A DNA stretch of 29,004 nt from Candidatus Thorarchaeota archaeon (GCA_016840855.1 JAEORO010000075.1:1-29004); one strand, 5' to 3'; positions 17,897-26,592 are shown, counted from the first letter of the stretch. Program-made: numbers and translations. Notes: a model not told the origin generated them from the sequence alone.

Positions 17897-18631
17897 TCAG
17901 ACTGGTGTGGACGTTTCTGAAGCCTCATGCGACCATTGGACATCGTTTAATCTTTCGTTGATAGGGTCCGGGAAATAAGGAAGATGCTTTAGTTTATGAT
18001 TTGCTATGAGAACAACATCGTCATCTACTAAGAATGATTCTAAATTCTCAAAGTGAAATAGCACTGAGATATCAATAGTCTGAAATGAGTTATCATTAAG
18101 ATGAATATAGCGAAGGTCTCTAGATCGATTCAAAGGACGAATATCAATTTCTCGAAGCATATTGCCAGAGAGGATTAGATATTGTAGTTTGGATAGTTCA
18201 GCTAATGGGCTAAGATCTAGTTCTCTAAGCCTATTATTAGAAATATACAGCCATCGCAAATCTCGACAATTTCTTAGGGGGGCAATATCAATTTCAGTCA
18301 GCAGATTATCTGAAAGCTCTAGAGCCTGAAGAAATGAACATTGAGATAGTGGACTAAGATCAATGTGATTAAGTTCATTTGATGTTATGCTCAGAATTTT
18401 CAAGCTCGAACAATAAGCGAGAGGAGCGAGATCAATTTCAGTTAGTAGATTTGAGTTCAAACCAAGTTTCTCAAGGTTTGGACAATGACCCAAAGGTTCG
18501 AGACTGATGGATTTTATACTCGTATCTGACAGGTCTATCTCAGTAAAATGGTCATCTTTTTCAACCTGATACTTTTCTCCATCTGATGCTACATACCTTA
18601 GGGTGAACCTGGTCACCAACATCCTCTCCAT
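17897..18631 (-). CDS. Leucine-rich repeat protein (tandem paralogue)
   Basis: About 8 repeats of 22 aa. Shares the TEIDLS N-cap and LESFL.D..V.L.A C-cap with 16986..17822. Confidence 0.95.
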   Translation of the reverse strand: MERMLVTRFTLRYVASDGEKYQVEKDDHFTEIDLSDTSIKSISLEPLGHCPNLEKLGLNSNLLTEIDLAPLAYCSSLKILSITSNELNHIDLSPLSQCSFLQALELSDNLLTEIDIAPLRNCRDLRWLYISNNRLRELDLSPLAELSKLQYLILSGNMLREIDIRPLNRSRDLRYIHLNDNSFQTIDISVLFHFENLESFLVDDDVVLIANHKLKHLPYFPDPINERLNDVQWSHEASETSTPV

Positions 18632-18737
18632 TATTACCTGTAAATCTGTCCTGATTTCTTTTATGCTTATGTCAAAGAACCATAATAAAGGTCACTCGAA
18701 AGAGGAATCATCCACCTATAAAACAAATTTTCAACTA

Positions 18738-19286
18738 TTACCGATCAAGATGAGCCCACGGGAGTGGATCAGGAATCGTTTGGATAAAGCGTCTTATTAT
18801 CTCTCGAATACCATCAGGATTATGAACACCATCAAAGACAAGAGCTGGTTCATCCTCATCCTCAGAAGTGAAAATCTCAACATCGCCCATGCCCACTTTA
18901 CGTTCATCAGGCGGGCCAGAGCTTGTCAGCATAGAAATCTCGTCATAAAACACTCTCTTTGTCTTTCTCGAAAAGACCCCTTTTCTCACTCTAACATTCC
19001 ATGTAGTAATAATATAGAGTGTAAACCAACGTCGACTTTCAGCCCAAGCCACTAGGAATATACCAAACACCATTGCGCCTACACTTAACCACCAAGATTC
19101 TAAATCATAACCTATCCCCCCATATGATGTGACGATCATGAATCCTGTTCCTACAATAAACACAACTGTGCCTAATACATAATAGAAGATGAAAGATGCA
19201 CGCTTCGGGTAGAAGATGCTTACTAACCTCTCTCTTTGGTTTGCAGGGAATGGTTCTTCTGGATTAGGCTCAGTCATTAGGCTCAC
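18738..19286 (-). CDS. Two-TM protein with bacterial-type PH domain (bPH_2/DUF304-like)
   Basis: Two TM helices, then YIITTWNVRVRKGVFSRKT...YDEI...GMGDVEIFTS...LVFDGVHNP. Alternative start at ATG 19277. Confidence 0.85.
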   Translation of the reverse strand: MSLMTEPNPEEPFPANQRERLVSIFYPKRASFIFYYVLGTVVFIVGTGFMIVTSYGGIGYDLESWWLSVGAMVFGIFLVAWAESRRWFTLYIITTWNVRVRKGVFSRKTKRVFYDEISMLTSSGPPDERKVGMGDVEIFTSEDEDEPALVFDGVHNPDGIREIIRRFIQTIPDPLPWAHLDR

Positions 19287-19390
19287 TGCCGTGCTTCAGT
19301 TTAAGCAACTTATGAACATGTCGAAAACTCAGAACCCAGTAAAGCTCGACGACGAGCTTAGCAGGAAAATTTCTTCTACATTTAACTGTA

Positions 19391-19792
19391 CTAAGCTGGA
19401 TAGATGTCCCACAAAGTGTCACAAGCATGCACAACATGACCAACGAGGGTTCTAATCTCATCTCCTGTAAGGTCTGTATCATTGGTTTCAGCGATGACAA
19501 TAATGTCATCATCATCATCAATCGCAAATTTCACACCATTGGCTTTCCAAGATTCTTTCAGCATATCATAAGCGAGTTTCATTCTCTTGGTTTCCTCAAC
19601 CTCATAGAAGTTAGTAAATGGTGCGACAACGTAAGCCCATGTTTCATCCTTGTTGGTGACAATCTTAATCTTAAGATCCTCAAAGTGGTCTGTCTTCCAC
19701 CTCATCATTAAGACATTATCTTCGCGCGTGTATTTGATATCAACAGAATCAAGCAATGAAGCAATATGGTCTACAATACTCAGTGTGAGCAC
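19391..19792 (-). CDS. YbjN/CesT-Tir (T3SS-chaperone-like) fold protein
   Basis: 133-aa acidic protein. L..DMLKESWKANGVKFAIDDDDDIIV...LTGDEIRTLV pattern. SD GAGGTG region at the start. Confidence 0.75.
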   Translation of the reverse strand: MLTLSIVDHIASLLDSVDIKYTREDNVLMMRWKTDHFEDLKIKIVTNKDETWAYVVAPFTNFYEVEETKRMKLAYDMLKESWKANGVKFAIDDDDDIIVIAETNDTDLTGDEIRTLVGHVVHACDTLWDIYPA

Positions 19793-19866
19793 CTCTATGG
19801 TGCGATGCCTATTGTTCCATATTAAGCTGTCTAGGGCATTTCGTTATCCCTAAAAAAAGATAAATA

Positions 19867-19900
19867 TATATCGTGCCACATACTATATCGTCTTACGTAA
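19867..19900. promoter_or_regulatory. Candidate PadR operator repeats
   Basis: TATATCGT at 19867-19874 and 19884-19891 (17-bp period), between an AT-rich TATA-like stretch and the PadR start. Confidence 0.5.
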
Positions 19901-19922
19901 TAACACTGGAGTTGTAAGATTC

Positions 19923-20300
19923 TTGACAAGTGCTAGTGACAATGTTGGTCCTGAAATTGAATACGAACGATGGTCACTGGAAATTCGAAGAGGTGCCCTC
20001 TCTTTGGCAATTCTGGCAATTATCTTGGATGGCGAATCTTATGGATATGATATCATGAAGAAACTTGGTCAGGAAGAGTATGATGCATTACAACTCGAAC
20101 CGAGTACAACATATCCTCTCCTGCGTCGATTGGAGAGAAGAGGTATCCTTGAGGGACGGTGGTCAGATGTATCCGGAAAAAGAAGAAGGCTGTATTATGT
20201 CACAAGAGAGGGTAGAAGAATTTTGAGGCGAATGGTGAAGAGCTGGCAGAGCTTGAACGATCAATTGTTGCGTTTGATAGAGGAGGCAGGTATCTCATGA
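19923..20300 (+). CDS. PadR-family regulator (short subfamily-2 type)
   Basis: RRGALSLAILAII...SYGYDI, STTYPLLRRLERRG, W......RRRLYYVTREGR...W. Confidence 0.95.
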   Translation: MTSASDNVGPEIEYERWSLEIRRGALSLAILAIILDGESYGYDIMKKLGQEEYDALQLEPSTTYPLLRRLERRGILEGRWSDVSGKRRRLYYVTREGRRILRRMVKSWQSLNDQLLRLIEEAGIS

Positions 20301-22120
20301 CTGGAAACCCAAATGAAATCATTGAAGAGTATCTAAAGCTTGTTTACGAACACTTGCCTGAATCAATCTCAGAGGATGTGATTACGGAACTTAGAACCTA
20401 TATGGTCGAAACAGCGCGAGATTTTGGGAATGGCGAAATTACAATTCAATCAGCAAAAAAAGTCGTGGCACAATTTGGAGCTCCAAGCGAAGTAGCAAAT
20501 GAATACAAATACTCAATGCTCCCTGAAGCAGTTCCTGAAGATGCTGGAGATTCTTCAAGTGCTGAAGCCATTCCTTCTATAATTAGTGAGCCGGAAGATA
20601 AGATTGAAAAGTACAGACCAAAGGAAGGGTCACCTAAATCATTCTTAGAATTCTTCTTTCAAGGAGTATCTATTGCACTTCTATGGCTGCTACTTGTTGT
20701 TATTGGTTCAACTTTACTAGGACCTGTCTGGTTATACCCCAGTTCAATAATCACACTCTTTTTCCAAGTGTTGATTGTGACTTTTGGAATAGGTTTTCTA
20801 ACTTACAGTCTTAAACGACAAAAGAGGACACTTTGGACATATAGCTACCCTGAGTGGTCATTCCTTCAGAAGTGGTTAACACTCCCAGAAAATATAATCA
20901 AAGAACCCTCCAACATACTCCTTGCATTTGATATTCTTGGTTCAATAATTGGGATAGGATTGTACTTTTTCTCTTCCAATTTTGCCCCAAGTCCTTACTA
21001 CATTCCTATAATTGGGCTTCCAGTTTGTTTTGCTTTCGTAGCTAAGATTTACAATAGTGGAAAACGCATTACCATACTTGATACCACACGCTATATCAGA
21101 AGAGAAGTTGTAACAACATTTACTTGTCTACTACTCATCAATAGTTCACTCATCTGGATCATCTCTTACTACTTGGTTGTAAATAATCTACTCACTTTTC
21201 TCCTTTGGTTGTATTCGATATTATGGGGGCCAGTACTTCTATTTCAGCTCGTAATTAATAGTGGGGAACTCTGGTGGGAAGTAGAGTCCATTGAAGTAGC
21301 AGCTACTCCAGTTCAAAAGCTGGTGCTTGCACACAGTATCAAAAATATTGTAGGGTCAACAATTCTAAGGATGATTGGTTGGATCGCATTGCTAACCATG
21401 ATTCTAACATATTTCTTGATGATATCAGTTAGAGCTACATCTCCATGGTATGCTCCACTTTTTATAGCAGTCTTCTTTGGACCTATCTTCTTAACCCCAA
21501 TTATTCTATATTTTGTCTTTCGTTATTGGAGAGTTAGCATTGGTGCATCCAAATCAGTCTTTGGAGAACGTTCAAGATTGGAAGCATTAGGAGATATTGC
21601 AATCTCAATTGCAGCATTTTTTGGAATAATGAATAGTATTTCATTTTGGCTTTTTTCAAATGGTTTGTTGGATCAATATTCTTTTGTATTTCATGATCTT
21701 GGCGCATTAGGAGCGCTACATACTACAGTGGCGTATGTTTCCTCTGATCTACTCTTTGTCATTGCTCTAATCCTTCGTATTACCGGTGATTTCTTAGAAT
21801 TTAGCAAGAAAAGAAAGTCATCCGCGATTTCCTTTATGATAGTGTCAAGTAGAATTCTGATTGTTGGTATCTCACTTCGAGCTGGTGTAGACATTCTAGC
21901 ATACTACCCTGTGCTTTTTCCATATTTACTACTTCCAGGTTTTCTACTTCTTGTAGTCTTGATAGCCTTTCAGAGTGAAACTTCAAGTTTGAAACAAAGA
22001 GAAATGAGGTCTAGTAATTCGAAAGAACATACGCAGCAGCGATTCCCGAATCGTGAGATAGTAAAAACTTCTGATACTGCTAAAGGTAAATATCAGGAAG
22101 GTCAGTTTCCTAGTAACTAA
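20297..22120 (+). CDS. HAAS-domain (DUF1700-like) polytopic membrane protein
   Basis: The N-terminal IIEEYLKLV...L.....DVITELRTY...VVAQFGAPSEVANEY is the HAAS pattern. About 12 hydrophobic segments. ATGA overlap with PadR. Confidence 0.85.
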   Translation: MTGNPNEIIEEYLKLVYEHLPESISEDVITELRTYMVETARDFGNGEITIQSAKKVVAQFGAPSEVANEYKYSMLPEAVPEDAGDSSSAEAIPSIISEPEDKIEKYRPKEGSPKSFLEFFFQGVSIALLWLLLVVIGSTLLGPVWLYPSSIITLFFQVLIVTFGIGFLTYSLKRQKRTLWTYSYPEWSFLQKWLTLPENIIKEPSNILLAFDILGSIIGIGLYFFSSNFAPSPYYIPIIGLPVCFAFVAKIYNSGKRITILDTTRYIRREVVTTFTCLLLINSSLIWIISYYLVVNNLLTFLLWLYSILWGPVLLFQLVINSGELWWEVESIEVAATPVQKLVLAHSIKNIVGSTILRMIGWIALLTMILTYFLMISVRATSPWYAPLFIAVFFGPIFLTPIILYFVFRYWRVSIGASKSVFGERSRLEALGDIAISIAAFFGIMNSISFWLFSNGLLDQYSFVFHDLGALGALHTTVAYVSSDLLFVIALILRITGDFLEFSKKRKSSAISFMIVSSRILIVGISLRAGVDILAYYPVLFPYLLLPGFLLLVVLIAFQSETSSLKQREMRSSNSKEHTQQRFPNREIVKTSDTAKGKYQEGQFPSN

Positions 22121-22213
22121 AGTTGCTCAAGTTTATTTGCCTTCATGAGTATAGCTACTCAAGTGGCCAGTAGTAGGGTCTACATCGCATTCCGAGGAGT
22201 CAATGGATAGAAG

Positions 22214-23170
22214 ATGCAGGATGTTGTGGCAATCGCGGCATTACTAAGAGAGGTTTCATTTGGAATACTGATAGCTGGACTGTTCTATACATTTGGTATG
22301 TTTGCTTTGGGGAGGGTTTTTTCTGCATTATCTGAACATGGTGCCGCCGAACATGATGTAGACCATGATGTTGATCATGACGTGGACCATGATGTTGACC
22401 ATGACATTGATCATGATGTGGATCATGACATTGGTCACGATGTCGAACACGACTTTGATCATGGATATGATGTAGACCATGGAGTAGCCATACATGATTT
22501 GGACCATGAACTCGATCACGAGTTAGATCATGGAGATCTAGACCACGAGTTAGATCATGGAGATCTAGACCACGATATCGAACATGATATGGACCATGAT
22601 GTAGGTCATGATGCTGAACACGATGTAGAGCATCACGTAGAACATGACCATGAAATCGATACGGAACATGATGCTCCAGTAGACAAATCAGGATTCTTCG
22701 AAGCTGAGCGGGGCGCTCCTATGGGTGTAACAATTGGTACATCTCTCGTGACATTTGGATTTCTAGGTTCACTTCTCTATTACGAAGGAATTATGCTCCC
22801 TCTGGTTGGTAAGATAGCCATTCACTTGTTGGGAGTGGCAGCCATTGTCTACAGTGTTCGGACTGTTCTCCGAAAAGCCTTTGTCGAGTCTGGATTTAGA
22901 ATCGAACCAAGACATATTGTTGGTAGAGAGGTTGAGGCTGTATCTACAGTGAGTGATGGATTTGGTGAGGTCCGGTTAGAGACTGAGATGGGACTTCGTC
23001 GTTTTCATGCTAGACCATTTCAGAAAGGAGTCATATTCCAAAAAGGGACTGACCTATATGTAGTGTCAGCAGATGATAAATTCGTGTACGTGGATCCACG
23101 AAAAGATGTTGTAAAGTGGCTACAGAAGCAGAGTAAGAAACCGGATGACGAAAAACATCCCAAAAAGTGA
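22214..23170 (+). CDS. NfeD-like (YuaF/YqiJ-type) flotillin partner with long His/Asp repeat
   Basis: TM, HD tract, two TMs, then an OB-fold-like C-terminus (IVGREVEAV....GFGEVRLE...HAR......KGTDLYVV). Lies upstream of an SPFH gene. Confidence 0.85.
   Translation: MQDVVAIAALLREVSFGILIAGLFYTFGMFALGRVFSALSEHGAAEHDVDHDVDHDVDHDVDHDIDHDVDHDIGHDVEHDFDHGYDVDHGVAIHDLDHELDHELDHGDLDHELDHGDLDHDIEHDMDHDVGHDAEHDVEHHVEHDHEIDTEHDAPVDKSGFFEAERGAPMGVTIGTSLVTFGFLGSLLYYEGIMLPLVGKIAIHLLGVAAIVYSVRTVLRKAFVESGFRIEPRHIVGREVEAVSTVSDGFGEVRLETEMGLRRFHARPFQKGVIFQKGTDLYVVSADDKFVYVDPRKDVVKWLQKQSKKPDDEKHPKK
22334..22672 (+). repeat. Coding His/Asp tetrapeptide repeat with an exact 27-bp tandem duplication
   Basis: 113 codons of (D/E)-H-(D/E/G)-hydrophobic units containing 28 His. 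CACGAGTTAGATCATGGAGATCTAGAC occurs at 22517-22543 and 22544-22570. Confidence 0.95.
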
Positions 23171-23186
23171 CGAATCTCTGCACACA

Positions 23187-23378
23187 TTTATATCTCCTCA
23201 AAACAAAGAGTACACAAGTGCGTTCGTAGGAAGGCCACAAACTGTCGGAGAGAGACATGTTGAGAGTGGAGTTCACAGACACTCAGGTCAGTGCAACGAA
23301 GCAAAAGTGTTGATCTCACGATGAAAAGATGGGACCCACGAGGGCATGTTCACAGATGATATGTGAGAAGGATAACAG
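23187..23378 (+). promoter_or_regulatory. Internal promoter and long leader of the flotillin gene
   Basis: TTTATA at 23187-23192, about 190 bp before the ATG. Several short hairpins lie in between. Confidence 0.45.
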
Positions 23379-24713
23379 ATGCAAGCAAGTATAATGGACT
23401 GGTTCGCGAGTAATCCCGCAGTCTCATTAGGTCTATTGTTGATAATGGTCATACTTCTGCTAGTGATATACATTAGAAAGTATGTTCGGATATTTGACCC
23501 AAACATCTTCTATGTTCACTTGAGGCGCGGCAAAGCCATCAAGCAGGGCGAGGGTGGCATGGTAATTCGAATTCCTTTCTTTGATCGTATTCTCGCAGTT
23601 GATAGGACTGTACAGCAGTTGAATATCTCAGCTGAGTCAGTTCTTTCGAAAGAGAAGCAGAAGATTCGATTGAGTGCTGTTCTGCAGTGGCAGGCTGAAA
23701 ATGCTATTGCCACCATTAACAACGTGACATGGAAGGAGATTCCAAGCAGACTAACAGCTATCATCGAGTCAGTCATACGTACCGCTTGTGCGCAACTATC
23801 AGTTGAATCAATTCTGGAAGAGCGTCAGTTAATTATTGAAGCAATTAAAAAAGAGCTGATAGACATCGTTTCAGAATGGGGTCTGAAAGTAGTAACGGTC
23901 GAATTGGTCGATGTCACAGTTGTTAATGAATCATTCTTGAGAGATATGTCGAAACCTCGTGAAGCCGAAATGCATCGACTAGCACAGATTGCTCTTATCG
24001 AAGCGGATCAAGCAACGGGTACCAGAGATATTGAGAGAAGTAAAGTTCTTCGTGAGCAAGAGATTGCACGTGACAAGTTGATAGGTGTACAAGAACAGTC
24101 ACAACTCCGGGATATCCAAGAGGCTGAGAAGCAGCGTGAGCAGAGTGTTCTTGAGATTGCACTTCAGAAAGACTTGATGCAAAAGAAATACGAGAAACAA
24201 CAAGCCGAGGTTGAAGCTGCAAAGGATCTTGAAGTCGCAAAACTTGGAGCTGAAGCTGAGAAACAGCGTAAGATCAAGGAAGAGGTTGAGGTCCAGGCTC
24301 AAAGGATTATGCAGGAAGCTAAGGCTGAAGCCGAGAAGATTAGCATGGTTGCTGAGGCTGAAGCTGGCCAGATTCTGAAAGTCACAAGTGCTCAAGCTGA
24401 AGGTATCAAAAAGACTCTTGAAGCTGCTCGAGATTACTCACCCCAAGCTTTCGCCAGAGACTTCCTACAAATACTACCTGAGATTTACAGACAAATAGAG
24501 ATCGGAGATGTCACACTATTCGGAGGCGCTGGCGGAACAGGAGTAGAGGGAGAGGAAGGTGCAGGTGGAGCTCAAGCTTTCCAAGTTTTTGGTAATGTCT
24601 TGTTGCCTATGATGCTTATTGCACGAATGATGGGCTTTGACTTCAAGGGCCTCATGAAAGATGCTCTAGGCGACATGGCTTCCACTGACGAAGAATCAAA
24701 GAAGTCAAAATAG
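23379..24713 (+). CDS. SPFH/Band-7 protein with flotillin-like coiled coil
   Basis: N-terminal TM. Band-7 core (IPFFDRI...SAESVLSKEKQ...VIRT....LSVESILEER...WGLKV). EA-rich AEAEA coil. FLQILPEI C-terminal motif. Confidence 0.93.
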   Translation: MQASIMDWFASNPAVSLGLLLIMVILLLVIYIRKYVRIFDPNIFYVHLRRGKAIKQGEGGMVIRIPFFDRILAVDRTVQQLNISAESVLSKEKQKIRLSAVLQWQAENAIATINNVTWKEIPSRLTAIIESVIRTACAQLSVESILEERQLIIEAIKKELIDIVSEWGLKVVTVELVDVTVVNESFLRDMSKPREAEMHRLAQIALIEADQATGTRDIERSKVLREQEIARDKLIGVQEQSQLRDIQEAEKQREQSVLEIALQKDLMQKKYEKQQAEVEAAKDLEVAKLGAEAEKQRKIKEEVEVQAQRIMQEAKAEAEKISMVAEAEAGQILKVTSAQAEGIKKTLEAARDYSPQAFARDFLQILPEIYRQIEIGDVTLFGGAGGTGVEGEEGAGGAQAFQVFGNVLLPMMLIARMMGFDFKGLMKDALGDMASTDEESKKSK

Positions 24714-24722
24714 AGTTAATCC

Positions 24723-24790
24723 GGGGCGTATCATCGCCCCTGTGATTATTCCATTGAGGCTGCCAAGACGAGCCTCTTTGGGATTTTTTT
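24723..24790 (+). terminator. Two hairpins plus T-tract between convergent flotillin and tusA
   Basis: GGGGCG/CGCCCC (24723-24740), GAGGCT/AGCCTC (24756-24776) and T7 at 24784-24790. Confidence 0.65.
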
Positions 24791-24792
24791 AA

Positions 24793-25032
24793 TTATTTTA
24801 AACGTTTGATATACCAGATTAGCTTGTCGCCTTCTTCAATAAGCTCTACGATCTCATTGCCTGTCCTAGAGGACCATGCTGGAAAGTCTTTTTTTGTTCC
24901 AACATCCGTGGCAATTACTTTCAAGATCTCACCAATGTTTACCTCTTGAATTTCTTTCTTGGTCTTTAAAATTGGCATTGGGCATCTAAGTCCGCTTGCA
25001 TCGAATTCTCTGGCTACTTGATGGTCTGTCAT
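24793..25032 (-). CDS. tusA: TusA/SirA-family sulfur carrier
   Basis: DASGLRCPMPILKTKK, GEILKVIATD, DFPAW...GN. Confidence 0.93.
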   Translation of the reverse strand: MTDHQVAREFDASGLRCPMPILKTKKEIQEVNIGEILKVIATDVGTKKDFPAWSSRTGNEIVELIEEGDKLIWYIKRLK

Positions 25033-25113
25033 GATTCAATCAACCTGTTCCGATTTTTATTCAGATTTATGCATTCCTATAGAACAATTGCGAGAGCAGC
25101 AAAAGCGACGTAT

Positions 25114-25593
25114 TTACTTGCCATTTACTGGAATCGAAGTAGCAAAGGCATCCACCTTCTTCTGCCAGCCTTCTTCAAGAGGACCCTTTATCCCTAGCAC
25201 GTAGACTCTCGCCTCTGCTACTTTTTTGAGTCCCTTGTCTAACAGAATTTCTCTTATGGTTGGAAGAACCTTCTGACAAGCCCCTTCTTCAGTGGAAACC
25301 TTACCAGTCTTTTTATCTGGCTGCGGTGCCATCTCCGTGGTCAGAATTGCACATCTTGTGCCGGGAGTCAAATCGATTTTCTCCAAGAATTTTCGAATTT
25401 CTTTGACAGGTTTGCCGAAGCGTCCAGGCGAGCTGAACACATATATATCAGCAGGTAGAATCTCTTTTGGCTTGATTTTTTTGACATGATGGATGTTCAC
25501 AGTGACATCCTTCGCCATCATAATTTTCTTAAACTCCTCAGCAACCTGAACTCCGTTCCCATATTTAGAAGCGTGAAAGTATTCTATTATCAT
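25114..25593 (-). CDS. Flavodoxin-like protein
   Basis: Phosphate loop HASKYGNG, VFSSPGRFG, and a C-terminal KGPLEEG typical of this subfamily. Confidence 0.85.
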   Translation of the reverse strand: MIIEYFHASKYGNGVQVAEEFKKIMMAKDVTVNIHHVKKIKPKEILPADIYVFSSPGRFGKPVKEIRKFLEKIDLTPGTRCAILTTEMAPQPDKKTGKVSTEEGACQKVLPTIREILLDKGLKKVAEARVYVLGIKGPLEEGWQKKVDAFATSIPVNGK

Positions 25594-25620
25594 TATTCAA
25601 TATCCACATCCATTTTCAAT

Positions 25621-26460
25621 TTATTCTGAAACGAGCCCAAATCCCGCTTGCATGAGCTCAGAAAGTCTGGCGAGGAACCGGGTTGCGGGAGCTCCAAGAG
25701 ATATCTCCTCATCGAACATCACGGTCATGTTAAGGAATTCACCTAGCTCAGCTGGATTAGCATAGTTTCTAGGTTTTGTAGAGATGCCCCCCAACGCGAA
25801 CACAACAGAGTGTAGACCAATTGGGATGGCCCATCCTCCACCTTTTCCAAACATACCTACTGCAGTGACGGCAACGGTGCCCATGAGGTGTTTCCTCAGA
25901 AACGGGTCGGACCTGATTCGTCTCCAGTATATCTTCCTCAGAAACTCTGGCAATCGAGAGAAGATTCTAACAGACGCAGGCGGTTTCTCATCAGCTTCGC
26001 GTTCCCCACTTATTTCACCCTTCTGGGCTTGACGGATTTCATTATGGATCTGCCTGAAGCTCTTCTCATTTGCTTTCCTTACACAGTAGCTGGTCGCGAA
26101 TCTTTGTGCTTCCACTTGTCGTTCAATAATCATACCAACATCGACATCATCGAAGACAATCAATCTCTTCTTGCCTTTTTTCATAGCTTGGACTTCTTTA
26201 TGCTCACTGATAGCTTGTCCAACGCACTTGATCACCCAACCAGTGAAAGACAGCTTCTCTCCTGTCCTAGCGTCATTCTCTGAGATGAATTTTCTTGCAT
26301 CAGTAACATCAATCTCAACAAGCCCATAGATTCGATGCTTTGGTGCTAAATTATTGAGAAGTTCTACAGGTCTTGTCGATTTTCGGATTATTTCCCTGTA
26401 GGGCGAATCACCTTCTCTTTCTTTTGGTTCATCGCCTAAGTTCTGTCTTCGCGCAGCCAT
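25621..26460 (-). CDS. Stand-alone 2-oxo-acid dehydrogenase E2 catalytic-domain homologue with degenerate active site
   Basis: VEIDVT, LSFTGWVIK, GTVAVTAVGMFG and GAPATRFL motifs. No lipoyl domain. DHxxxDG reads DEEISLG. Confidence 0.85.
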   Translation of the reverse strand: MAARRQNLGDEPKEREGDSPYREIIRKSTRPVELLNNLAPKHRIYGLVEIDVTDARKFISENDARTGEKLSFTGWVIKCVGQAISEHKEVQAMKKGKKRLIVFDDVDVGMIIERQVEAQRFATSYCVRKANEKSFRQIHNEIRQAQKGEISGEREADEKPPASVRIFSRLPEFLRKIYWRRIRSDPFLRKHLMGTVAVTAVGMFGKGGGWAIPIGLHSVVFALGGISTKPRNYANPAELGEFLNMTVMFDEEISLGAPATRFLARLSELMQAGFGLVSE

Positions 26461-26592
26461 AAATAAAGAACCTCAATTCCAGCTGAGAACAATTGAAGCG
26501 CTTAAGCACTTCATTTCATCAACAACAATTAGAGATATAGAAAAAGGAATATTAAAGGTATACGAATCACTGACTACTGAAGGTGAATCGAA

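Noticed and set aside
22334-22672. 12-bp periodic repeat as a CRISPR array or non-coding satellite
   Set aside because: It is in-frame coding sequence with synonymous variation, no spacers and no cas genes.
23243-23290. Glycine riboswitch (GGAGAG ... CTCAGG)
   Set aside because: The central CCGAAG element and the expected stems are absent, and the downstream gene is unrelated to glycine.
25081-26495. AGAACAATTG in two intergenic regions (25081-25090, 26486-26495) as an operator or cassette recombination site
   Set aside because: There are only two copies, at different positions relative to the promoters, with no attC-like structure. Could be chance.
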